52,227 bases of DNA from an uncultured Candidatus Saccharibacteria bacterium (GTDB taxonomy: Bacteria > Patescibacteriota > Minisyncoccia > Phycocordibacterales > JACOZG01). How positions within the stretch are numbered: the first letter of the stretch is position 1; every line of letters starts with the position of its first letter. Location: NCBI GenBank assembly GCA_964448295.1, contig CAYUVV010000001.1:89838-142064 (forward strand), in the 5' to 3' direction. The notes beneath the pieces were generated by a model that did not search any database, was not told the DNA's origin, and was given only the letters and a program-made list of their open reading frames with translations. The position numbers and the translations under genes are program-made. This document shows, piece after piece, positions 17,317 to 24,919 of this stretch.

Positions 17317-18039
17317 ATGCCTACTCGACGTATCGTGCTTAAGTTTTCTGGAAAGATGTTTGATTCCGACTCCGGTTTGCAAACATTGGCAGACGTTCTT
17401 AGGTCCCTTTGTAAAACGATGGAGGTGGTGCTTGTGCCGGGGGGTGGCAATCTTCACCGTCGGGAGCGGGGGAGGTCGCGAATCGCCGGAGATCGTAGTC
17501 CTCTTGCGGCTGAACACCGGTCTAATTGTGTCGGCATGTTGGCCACCGTGGCTAATGCCTTCTGGCTGGTGGATGCCCTAGACTTGGTTGGTATGACTTA
17601 CGGGGCGTTGAGTAAATTACCAATAAAAACGTTAATACCAGATTACACCGTCGAGCAAGCTAAACAGTTGCTGGCCCAAAGACATCTGTTGATTGTGTGC
17701 GGGGACACAGGGCAACCCGGTGTCAGTACCGATACGGCGGCCGTTTTAATGGCCTATGAGTTGGGGGTTGAAACTGTTTACAAAGGGACAAATGTCCCCG
17801 GAATTTTCCCCTTGGACACTGAGGGAAGACCCCAGATCGGAGCACCGGTTATCAATGAGTTAACTGGCACTCAATTTCTTGCCGGCGGTTTTCACACAAT
17901 TCTTGATCCTTGTGCCGTGGCTTTAGCCAGAGACCACCGCATTGCTCTACAGGTTTTTGAATCGTGCCGGTTGTGCTCGGATGCCATCGTTCGCTCAATT
18001 ACTAACAATGTCACCGGTACGACTATCAAGCCGGTCTAG
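17317..18039 (+). CDS. Divergent UMP kinase (PyrH-like, amino-acid kinase fold)
   Basis: VLKFSG, VPGGGN, GMLATVAN, GQPGVSTDTAA, KGTNV, ILDPCA, GTTI; several canonical residues altered. Confidence 0.7.
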   Translation: MPTRRIVLKFSGKMFDSDSGLQTLADVLRSLCKTMEVVLVPGGGNLHRRERGRSRIAGDRSPLAAEHRSNCVGMLATVANAFWLVDALDLVGMTYGALSKLPIKTLIPDYTVEQAKQLLAQRHLLIVCGDTGQPGVSTDTAAVLMAYELGVETVYKGTNVPGIFPLDTEGRPQIGAPVINELTGTQFLAGGFHTILDPCAVALARDHRIALQVFESCRLCSDAIVRSITNNVTGTTIKPV

Positions 18040-18059
18040 CGGGGTAACCCGCAACCAAT

Positions 18060-18095
18060 AACCCGCCCACGTTTGTCGTGCGGCGGGTTTCTTTA
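18060..18095. terminator. Terminator hairpin between convergent genes
   Basis: AACCCGCC-CACG...CGTG-C-GGCGGGTT then TCTTT; preceded by GCGGG-gtaa-CCCGC. Confidence 0.65.
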
Positions 18096-18108
18096 TTCGA
18101 ACGAAATA

Positions 18109-18588
18109 TTACACCGACTTAACTTTAATTTTTTTAACCTTGTCTTTATCGATTTTTGGCAAACGAATGGTAAGGAGCCCGTGCCACTCGGTGGCCTCGG
18201 CCTCGTCAGCTTCGACTTCGGCCGGCAGTAAAATGGTTTTAGCAAACGAGCCCCAATAAAGTTCTTGTTGGAAATAATCCTCGCCTTCGGCCTCGCGTGT
18301 AAATTCCCGTCGGCCGCGGATGGTCACCATATCGCGCGTAATGTTGATCGTCAGATCCTCGGGGCGGACGCCGGCCGTCATGGTTTTGATATAAATATCA
18401 GTCGGTGTTTGGTAAACATCTACGGCAAGCTCGCCCTCTTCCTCCGGCGCTTCGTCTGGCAATTCTTTTTTGCCGGGCGTTTGGTGAGCGACGTAGTCCT
18501 CGGGACCAAGATCCTCGTCCTCACTCCGCAGGGGAGAAAAGTTGCCCGTCAATCTTTCGAAAAAAGAACGTCGCCCTTTTGCCATCAT
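18109..18588 (-). CDS. Hsp20 / alpha-crystallin small heat-shock protein
   Basis: LAVDVYQT, AGVRPEDL, ELYWGSFAKTILLP, GLLTIRLPK. Confidence 0.9.
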   Translation of the reverse strand: MMAKGRRSFFERLTGNFSPLRSEDEDLGPEDYVAHQTPGKKELPDEAPEEEGELAVDVYQTPTDIYIKTMTAGVRPEDLTINITRDMVTIRGRREFTREAEGEDYFQQELYWGSFAKTILLPAEVEADEAEATEWHGLLTIRLPKIDKDKVKKIKVKSV

Positions 18589-19352
18589 AGTTTTTTAATT
18601 GCTTTTGCTTTTTCAAATAATAAAATTACCAAAATCGCCGCAAGCCACAGTAAGAGAAACACTTGGAAAATTTGACCGAGCCCCACTTCACTCTCGGCAG
18701 ACCGACCAACTTGGCTCAGGTTAATTATAGAAAGGTTGAAAAAGGCGTGCAAGCCAACGGCGAGGATGAGACCGCCCCAACCCGCGATCCGGCGCCGCCA
18801 ACCTCGGGCATAAAAACCGAGTGCTAGCCCAAAACCGAAAATTCCCGATGAGGCTACGTGGAGAATCGTTGCGCCGATAAAGCGCAAATTTCCGGTAAGA
18901 GTGAAGGTGGCGAGATCCAGACCGGCGCGAATGTCTCCCAGTAGATACAAAGAGTTTTCGACGGCGGCAAAGCCGAGCGCGGCGGTAACGAGGTAGATCA
19001 TTGCGTCTACTGGTTCGTCGTAATCCCGATTGCGAAAAACGGCCAAGGCCACCGCGCCGAATTTGACGAGTTCCTCAATAATGACCCAGACGATCACAAG
19101 GCCGGTTGAAACGAGGAGAGAGTCGGCGACGGCCGCTGTTTCGTTAAAGAATATGTCTTTTGCTAAGCGTTCCAGCACGAAAGCGGGCAAAACGGAGATT
19201 GCACCTAGGGCGAAGACGAGCCCGATCAATTTTTTGGGTTCGGGACGGGCCTTATCTTCCTTTAACCAAAACCACAACCACAGGCCGGCAGGGAGGATGC
19301 CACCGAGAGCCGACCAATAGAGATTGCCGTCGGTAACGATTTCCCAAAACAC
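18585..19352 (-). CDS. PrsW family intramembrane glutamic metalloprotease
   Basis: IIEELVKF, LGFAAVEN, LHVASSG, LHAFFN; EDKARPEP. Confidence 0.88.
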   Translation of the reverse strand: MFWEIVTDGNLYWSALGGILPAGLWLWFWLKEDKARPEPKKLIGLVFALGAISVLPAFVLERLAKDIFFNETAAVADSLLVSTGLVIVWVIIEELVKFGAVALAVFRNRDYDEPVDAMIYLVTAALGFAAVENSLYLLGDIRAGLDLATFTLTGNLRFIGATILHVASSGIFGFGLALGFYARGWRRRIAGWGGLILAVGLHAFFNLSIINLSQVGRSAESEVGLGQIFQVFLLLWLAAILVILLFEKAKAIKKL

Positions 19353-19356
19353 TCGC

Positions 19357-20481
19357 TTATTTTACCAAAACATCGTCAGGTGAGCGAAGCGGCCATTCGC
19401 CGTGGACGCGAATGGCCGCGAACTCCGGTTCTGCCGGAAGGAGTGGTTGGTAACCACAAGCCATTTCAATGAAAGCCGCCGCCGCGATCATCGTGGCATT
19501 ATCGCCCGTGAGGTTGGCCGAGGGCGCTAAGAGAGGTTGATTGGTAGACTCGCGCGCTATCGTTTCCAAACGACGAACAAGTTCGTGATTGGCGGCCACC
19601 CCGCCTCCCACGACGATCGTTTGCGGATGATGTTCTGCCGCGGCGTGTTTGGTTTTGGCGATCAAGGAATCAAGCGCCGCTTCTTCAAAAGCTAGCGCGA
19701 CCTTTAATGCGGTTTGTTCCCGTGCCCGTTCCTCGGGCTCCATTTGCGCCAACCGGTAACGAACGGCCGTTTTCAAACCCGAAAAAGAAAAATCTAGATC
19801 GCGACTATTTTGCATTGGCCGTGGGAAAGGTGGAGTCAATCGGAAACTCGCCGGTAGTTCTCGCCGCGCGCGATCAGCCAGTTGGGCGAGCGCCGGCCCG
19901 CCCGGATAAGGGAGATCGAGTAAACGGGCCACCTTATCGTAGGTCTCACCAACCGCATCGTCGCGCGTTTCCCCAAGCTTTTCATAACGCCCCCAGTCGC
20001 GGAGGAGTACGAGCTCGGTGTGGCCGCCGCTTACGATCAGAGCCAAAACCGGAAAAACAAATTGTAATTTTTTGGCGCCATTGTTGGGGGCTTCGGTTAC
20101 GAGAGGGGAATACAGGTGGCCGGCAAGATGATTGGTGGGATAGAGGGGGAGTTTGCGTTCTCGAGCTAGCGCGCGGGCGAACTCGAGGCCAACCCAGAGT
20201 GCCGGTTCGAGTCCTGGTCCAGCGGTAACGGCAATCAAGTCTACTTCTGGTTTGATTGGAACGGCGGCGAATAGAATCGGAAGATTTTTTTCGTGCTCAC
20301 GGCGGGCAAGATTAGGCACTACGCCCCCGAAGGGGGCGTGAATTTTGGTTTGTGAAGAGACGGCGTGGTGGAAGACACGAAAACGCGGTTGCTCATTTAC
20401 CCATTCTCCGCCTACCAAGCTGATTGCTGTTTCGTCGCAACTTGTCTCAATCGCTAAAACTGTTTTTGCCGATTTATCCAC
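19357..20481 (-). CDS. tsaD: tRNA N6-adenosine threonylcarbamoyltransferase
   Basis: IETSCDET, GGVVP, GPGL..AL, HLAGH, SGGHT, DDAVGE, FSFSGLKTA, GDNATMIA. Confidence 0.95.
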   Translation of the reverse strand: MDKSAKTVLAIETSCDETAISLVGGEWVNEQPRFRVFHHAVSSQTKIHAPFGGVVPNLARREHEKNLPILFAAVPIKPEVDLIAVTAGPGLEPALWVGLEFARALARERKLPLYPTNHLAGHLYSPLVTEAPNNGAKKLQFVFPVLALIVSGGHTELVLLRDWGRYEKLGETRDDAVGETYDKVARLLDLPYPGGPALAQLADRARRELPASFRLTPPFPRPMQNSRDLDFSFSGLKTAVRYRLAQMEPEERAREQTALKVALAFEEAALDSLIAKTKHAAAEHHPQTIVVGGGVAANHELVRRLETIARESTNQPLLAPSANLTGDNATMIAAAAFIEMACGYQPLLPAEPEFAAIRVHGEWPLRSPDDVLVK

Positions 20482-20514
20482 TTTCTAGCCATACTGGCAT
20501 TTTTTTCTCAAACG

Positions 20515-20541
20515 TGCTAGAGTGAAGACCAGAAAGGGGGT
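20515..20541 (+). promoter_or_regulatory. Extended -10 plus strong SD module
   Basis: TGcTAGAGT-gaagacc-AGAAAGGGGGT, 8 nt before TTG. Confidence 0.65.
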
Positions 20542-20549
20542 GACAGGTC

Positions 20550-20918
20550 TTGAAGAAACGAGCTAATCGTCGTTATCATCGGAATATCTCGCGCCCAAGA
20601 ATTTTCGAAGTCTATGGCTCAAGAGAGGACGGCACACTTGTTTTTTTGGGAAGAACGCAAGCCGTTAGTCCCGCTCAAGCTACCAATCAGGTGCGGTTTC
20701 GAGAATTTGGGCTGAAGCCAGAGGATGAGTTACCATACGGTTTGGTAGCTAAAGAAATCACCAAACCACAGATTCCAGCAGACTCAAGTAGAGATGACGA
20801 GGAACCACCGAAAGAGAGATCCAAGCCCAAGCCGAATACCGTCAATCGAGGCATACCGCCTCGATTGACCTGCTTGCTTTTTCCGGTTAGAGATCCTACG
20901 GCTTGGGCTAGGGTGTAA
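20550..20918 (+). CDS. Hypothetical basic protein (orphan cassette)
   Basis: Own promoter/SD and downstream terminator; Arg-rich N-terminus, low-complexity C-terminus. Confidence 0.55.
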   Translation: MKKRANRRYHRNISRPRIFEVYGSREDGTLVFLGRTQAVSPAQATNQVRFREFGLKPEDELPYGLVAKEITKPQIPADSSRDDEEPPKERSKPKPNTVNRGIPPRLTCLLFPVRDPTAWARV

Positions 20919-20920
20919 CC

Positions 20921-20960
20921 GCGCTCGCGCATCATGGATGATGCCGAGCGCCTTTTTGTT
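20921..20960. terminator. Terminator hairpin
   Basis: GCGCTCG-c-GCATCAT/ATGATGC-CGAGCGC then CTTTTTGTT. Confidence 0.65.
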
Positions 20961-20962
20961 TG

Positions 20963-21034
20963 TGACCCCACCGGGAATCGAACCCGGATTTGCGCCTTGA
21001 AAGAGCGCTGTCCTAACCATTAGACGATGAGGCC
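20963..21034 (-). tRNA. tRNA-Glu (TTC)
   Basis: Reverse complement GGCCTCATCGTCTAATGGTTAGGAC AGCGCT-ctTTCaa-GGCGC...GGTTCGATTCCCGGTGGGGTCA; TTGGCA-17-TGtTAAAGT promoter upstream. Confidence 0.95.
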
Positions 21035-21158
21035 TTAACTTAAACTTTAACACTCTTTATTTTGCTTGCCAAGTTGCGCGCCGTTGGCGGACAGGAGGAT
21101 AATTATAACGTTGCCGACACGGGGTCGAGATTATTCGCCTTAATCCGGAAAAAACATT

Positions 21159-21239
21159 ATGGAAAAGGGTAAGACCTGCGAGCAATGCCAACACGAACAC
21201 AAGAAGTCTGACGGTTCTTGCGATTGCGGTTGCAAATAG
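21159..21239 (+). CDS. 26-aa Cys/His-rich metallothionein-like peptide (not in ORF track)
   Basis: MEKGKTCEQCQHEHKKSDGSCDCGCK*; A-rich leader, own terminator. Confidence 0.7.
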   Translation: MEKGKTCEQCQHEHKKSDGSCDCGCK

Positions 21240-21260
21240 TCGAACCGCGTCGGTGTTTAT

Positions 21261-21296
21261 AAAAACAAGCTCCAGCTTTGGCCGGGGCTTGTTTTT
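21261..21296. terminator. Intrinsic terminator
   Basis: AAAAACAAGCTCC...GGGGCTTGTTTTT. Confidence 0.75.
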
Positions 21297-21312
21297 TGCT
21301 AGTATTTTCGGC

Positions 21313-21401
21313 GGAGGAGTGCCAGAGTGGTCGAATGGGCCGCACTCGAAATGCGGTGTCGCCCTTACCGGCGACCGTGGGTTCGAATCCCACCTCCTCC
21401 G
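21313..21401 (+). tRNA. tRNA-Ser (CGA)
   Basis: GGAGGAG/CTCCTCC-G, CCGCA-ctCGAaa-TGCGG, long variable arm GTCGCC..GGCGAC. Confidence 0.96.
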
Positions 21402-21514
21402 TTTTGACTAATTTTTCTAGACGTGATATAAGAAAGATTCGCCAGTCGTTATTGCTGGCTGGCGCGGTCGATCTTTATCATCTTAAAACACCAGGTTACT
21501 TGGTGATAACCAAC

Positions 21515-21829
21515 ATGTCGCTTTTCTTCTTTTTCGCCGTTGGAGTGTTGGAGCTCTTTATTGTCACGGCCTGGACGAAGGTGGTGGTGGGCTCGCGGGT
21601 GGTTATGAGCGGGGCCGTCACTTTTGTTAACGTGCTTATCTGGTATTTGGTGCTGGAGACTATTATCTCCGACATTAATAACTGGCCGCTCGTGCTAGTT
21701 TACGCGCTCGGTTGCGCGCTCGGCACGATGATCGGGGTTTCTTATCTTGATCGTAAAAGCGCGCCGGTGGACGAGATGGCGGACCAGTCGCCCAAACTAA
21801 TCGAACATGAGTCAGTCTCAATCGCCTGA
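21515..21829 (+). CDS. Small three-TM protein, DUF5698-like
   Basis: VNVLIW...LVLVYALGCALGTMIG pattern; start moved to ATG 21515 (longer ORF runs through tRNA-Ser). Confidence 0.65.
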   Translation: MSLFFFFAVGVLELFIVTAWTKVVVGSRVVMSGAVTFVNVLIWYLVLETIISDINNWPLVLVYALGCALGTMIGVSYLDRKSAPVDEMADQSPKLIEHESVSIA

Positions 21830-21858
21830 CGACGTTCCAGATCCCGACGGTAAATCCT

Positions 21859-21888
21859 AAAACGGCTTCGCGTGAGCGAGGCCGTTTT
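21859..21888. terminator. Intrinsic terminator
   Basis: AAAACGGCTTCGC-gtga-GCGAGGCCGTTTT. Confidence 0.7.
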
Positions 21889-21984
21889 ATGGTTAAGATA
21901 TAAAAAATATGAAAAGTTGTGCCAGCGCGAGCTTTACACGTCTAAGCACAGCCAATTAGTTTTAATGTCGCTTTGCTCGGCGAA

Positions 21985-22068
21985 TCCGTTTGGGCGGCAC
22001 GGGAAGGAAAGGGGGTGAGGGAGAAAGGAATTCCCGCGCCGCCCTCGCTTGCCGTCGATACGCTAAAA
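21985..22068 (+). repeat. 84-bp inverted repeat, left copy
   Basis: 80/84 identical to reverse complement of 23497-23580; internal GGGCGGC(A)CGGGAA/TTCCCGCGCCGCCC stem with purine-rich loop. Confidence 0.92.
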
Positions 22069-22069
22069 A

Positions 22070-23485
22070 CTACTTTGAATAAGATAAAGAGTCGATTATC
22101 TTATCAAAAAGTTTTTCAAGAGAAGCAAATTTCGCGTTTGTTCCTTCAAAATGAATGCTCATGCCCGGCCACTTGCTTGATTTCGTCTGCAAAATGGCGG
22201 CTTTGAATGGAATGGATTGTCTTTTGTCGGCAGGAATTTCGCCTTCTCCATATTCGTATTTGTAGGCGAAATTCCCCTTGAAGACGACAACTTTCACTCC
22301 GTTTGAAAGCGTTCGCAAATTACATTCGGTTATCTTTATGTCGTAAGAACCAGAAGAATCAAGATAAGCGTTCTTCTGGCAAGCTGTATCAAGCGATTGG
22401 CCAGAATACTGATAAAGAGGAGGTGAACCTTCGTAAACGTAATTTGCAGTCTTAGAGTTGTCGGCTTCAAATTCTACTTGTGCCGGATCATCCCAAGAAA
22501 AGAGAGGGCTCTTGAACGAGATATTGATAGTTTCAATTCGCGGCTCCGAACCAAACGCGCCGCCAGTTGATTCAACAAGGTTGCCCCAATACTTCGGAAC
22601 TTTAAATGCCACGCCTAACTCTTTGGAAGATTGAGCCGCGAATTGATTGATGTCAATCGGCAACGCTTTTACAGAAGCAAGAATATCCTGAAATTCTGCA
22701 TACTTCTGTTCGTTGAACAGCCCCTTAATCGTCGCGGCGTTCAATGATTGAGCGTTGGCAGGAAGTTTATTGGTTTTCTCCTGATAAACAATATAGATTA
22801 CTCGTTCATTCAAATTCGGGTCCTTGATGAAAACTCTATCTTCCAAAGTGTACTCAACGGGTGTCGTCTTATCTCTCGCGTATGCGTTCACATACGAATC
22901 AGTTAATCCAGTCGCGTAATATCTAACCGCTTCCATTCCGTTTATTTGAAATGGTTTGCTACCGGTTTCATCTTGATAGACATATTGTGGATAATCGTAA
23001 ATCGGAAATTGAGGATTATTTTTCTCAACCTGTAAGGGAATATCATAATGAGGCAAACCATTTCCAAGTCGAATGAAAGCGGAAAAACTTATGCAGTCAA
23101 TCGGGCAAGCATTCCGGCTATATCCGTTCGGATATTGATAGGATTGGAAAAAAATGTTTGGCAACATTTTGCTTCCATCTTCATCTTTATCAAGGAGAGA
23201 AAGTGTTTGTGGATACTGAAAACTTATCGCGGTGTCTGCATCTGTATACAAAGCATGTCCAGCTTTCGGAGTTTCCTGAACTGTATTTACAGAAGTGTTT
23301 GACTGATTTTTAACGATACTTGAATTTTTATAAAAATAATTTTTGTAGACAAAAAAACCAATGACCAACAAAATAATAACAACGCCAGTCAAAGCAAGAA
23401 CTAATTTTGAATTGCCGCTTTTTGGAGTATTGAAATTTGTTGGCGGCAAATTACCAACCTGTGGTTCTTTATTTTCTTCTTCCAT
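22070..23485 (-). CDS. Membrane-anchored surface protein with two PsbP-like domains (AT-rich gene)
   Basis: N-terminal tail + TM (LVLALTGVVIILLVIGFFVY), YTDADTAISFQYP and SKELGVAFKVPKYWG domain starts; start moved to ATG 23485 (471 aa). Confidence 0.75.
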   Translation of the reverse strand: MEEENKEPQVGNLPPTNFNTPKSGNSKLVLALTGVVIILLVIGFFVYKNYFYKNSSIVKNQSNTSVNTVQETPKAGHALYTDADTAISFQYPQTLSLLDKDEDGSKMLPNIFFQSYQYPNGYSRNACPIDCISFSAFIRLGNGLPHYDIPLQVEKNNPQFPIYDYPQYVYQDETGSKPFQINGMEAVRYYATGLTDSYVNAYARDKTTPVEYTLEDRVFIKDPNLNERVIYIVYQEKTNKLPANAQSLNAATIKGLFNEQKYAEFQDILASVKALPIDINQFAAQSSKELGVAFKVPKYWGNLVESTGGAFGSEPRIETINISFKSPLFSWDDPAQVEFEADNSKTANYVYEGSPPLYQYSGQSLDTACQKNAYLDSSGSYDIKITECNLRTLSNGVKVVVFKGNFAYKYEYGEGEIPADKRQSIPFKAAILQTKSSKWPGMSIHFEGTNAKFASLEKLFDKIIDSLSYSK

Positions 23486-23496
23486 ATTTATTGAAA

Positions 23497-23580
23497 TTTT
23501 AGCGCATCGACGGCAAGCGAGGGCGGCGCGGGAATTCCTTTCTCCCTCACCCCCTTTCCTTCCCGCGCCGCCCGAGCGGA
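23497..23580 (-). repeat. 84-bp inverted repeat, right copy (part of element end E2)
   Basis: Reverse complement matches 21985-22068 with 4 mismatches. Confidence 0.92.
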
Positions 23581-23619
23581 CAGTTTTGGGAAGTTCGCAA
23601 AACGCCGCAGGCGTTTTGC

Positions 23620-23776
23620 TCAAAATGGGTTCGCGCTACATTCAGAATATCCCACCAAAAGGAATTTTGCAAATTTTCGGAAGAGGTTGCCTCGCGGCTT
23701 CGCCCCTGCCGAGCGGCGAAGCCGCGAGGCAATGCTTCCGTCTGGCTCAAAAAATTCTGAAAGTTCCTGTTGGTGG
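23620..23776. mobile_element. att-like / recombinase-tail remnant forming an extended imperfect palindrome next to tRNA-Ala
   Basis: 18-bp perfect stem 23687-23704/23715-23732; both outward arms end in TGGTGG (23652-23657 on -, 23771-23776 on +) and match at 21/26 positions. Confidence 0.6.
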
Positions 23777-23844
23777 ACCTAGGGAGAATTGAACTCCCGC
23801 CTCCTCCATGCCATGGAGGCGTCGTACCACTAGACTATAGGCCC
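23771..23844 (-). tRNA. tRNA-Ala (GGC)
   Basis: Reverse complement GGGCCTA...CCTCC-atGGCat-GGAGG...TTCAATT...TAGGTCC-ACCA; A32-U38 typical of Ala-GGC. Confidence 0.95.
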
Positions 23845-23884
23845 GGGTAATACTATTCTACCGAATGCAGGATAGCACAAAACC

Positions 23885-24865
23885 ATGTCGCTCTCAATTG
23901 GCATCGTCGGTCTGCCCAATGTTGGCAAGTCAACCCTTTTTAACGCCCTGACGAAAAAAGGGGTGCCAGCCGAGAATTACCCCTTCTGCACCATTGACCC
24001 GTCGGTGGGAGTGGTGGCGGTACCTGATGAACGTCTAACTCGACTCTCGGTCTTTAGTCAATCGGCCAAAACCATTCCGGCCGCTGTTGAATTTGTCGAT
24101 ATCGCCGGTTTGGTAGCTGGCGCGGCGCGCGGCGAGGGACTTGGCAATCAGTTTTTGGCACACATCCGCGAGGTGGACGCCATCGCGCACGTTGTTCGCG
24201 TCTTTGAAGATGAAAAAGTAACGCACGTGGCGAACAAGATTGATCCGTTGGCGGATTTGGAAACGATCAATCTTGAACTAGCTTTAGCCGATCTTGAAAC
24301 GGTGGAAAAGCGCTTGAATGGTTTAGCGCGCGATGCTAAACGTGGCGACAAGGCGGCGCTGGCTGAAGAAGCGGCGCTTCGGTCAATCAAGCAAAAATTG
24401 GAAAAAGGGGAGTGGTCCGGCCCTAACAAGCCGCCATCGCTCCAACTGCTGACGGCTAAGCCCGTTATCTACGTTTTGAATATTTCGGCGGCGACGGAAA
24501 ATCAGGTGGAAAAAATTAAAACCAAATTGGCTGGGCAGAAAGTGGTGACAGTTGATCCGGTTTTTGACGCCGGCCTCGACGATCTGATTCGCGCTGGTTA
24601 TGAGCTGTTGGGTCTAATCACTTTTTTTACCACTGGGCCAGACGAAACTCGGGCTTGGACGATCAGGCGCGGGAGCACCGCGCCCGAGGCGGGTGCCGCC
24701 ATCCACTCCGATTTTTGCGACAAGTTTATTCGGGCCGAAGTAATTGGTTACGAAAAGTTGCTCAAAGCGGGCGGTTATGCCGCCGCACGGGAGCGCGGCT
24801 GGCTCCGCACCGAGGGTCGCGATTACATTGTTGAGGATGGTGATGTCATCGAGTTTAAGATTTAA
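23885..24865 (+). CDS. ychF: Redox-regulated ribosome-binding ATPase YchF
   Basis: GIVGLPNVGKSTLFNALT, YPFCTIDP, DIAGLV, FFTTGPDETRAW, GDVIEF. Confidence 0.96.
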   Translation: MSLSIGIVGLPNVGKSTLFNALTKKGVPAENYPFCTIDPSVGVVAVPDERLTRLSVFSQSAKTIPAAVEFVDIAGLVAGAARGEGLGNQFLAHIREVDAIAHVVRVFEDEKVTHVANKIDPLADLETINLELALADLETVEKRLNGLARDAKRGDKAALAEEAALRSIKQKLEKGEWSGPNKPPSLQLLTAKPVIYVLNISAATENQVEKIKTKLAGQKVVTVDPVFDAGLDDLIRAGYELLGLITFFTTGPDETRAWTIRRGSTAPEAGAAIHSDFCDKFIRAEVIGYEKLLKAGGYAAARERGWLRTEGRDYIVEDGDVIEFKI

Positions 24866-24873
24866 ATAAAAAA

Positions 24874-24902
24874 CCCGCGTTCGTCGTGCCGACGAACGCG
24901 GG
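24874..24902. terminator. Terminator hairpin (13-bp perfect stem)
   Basis: CCCGCGTTCGTCG-tgc-CGACGAACGCGGG preceded by A tract. Confidence 0.75.
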
Positions 24903-24919
24903 ATCTCGGCTCGGGGTGA

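Noticed and set aside
21278-21514. N-terminal extension of the 183-aa ORF
   Set aside because: It runs through a terminator and tRNA-Ser; non-coding
21909-21959. 16-codon ORF MKSCASASFTRLSTAN after a TAAGAT box, just left of the inverted repeat
   Set aside because: Too short and featureless to support; could be a stub of an interrupted gene but there is no evidence
22005-22018. GAAAGGGGGTGA in the inverted-repeat loop is identical to the SD region of the 20550 gene
   Set aside because: A 12-nt purine-rich match far from any start codon in the repeat; likely coincidental
23486-23623. 46-aa N-terminal extension of the 517-aa ORF (GAGRKGGEGERNSRAALA...)
   Set aside because: It is a translation of the inverted-repeat element; ATG 23485 with an AT-rich leader is the credible start
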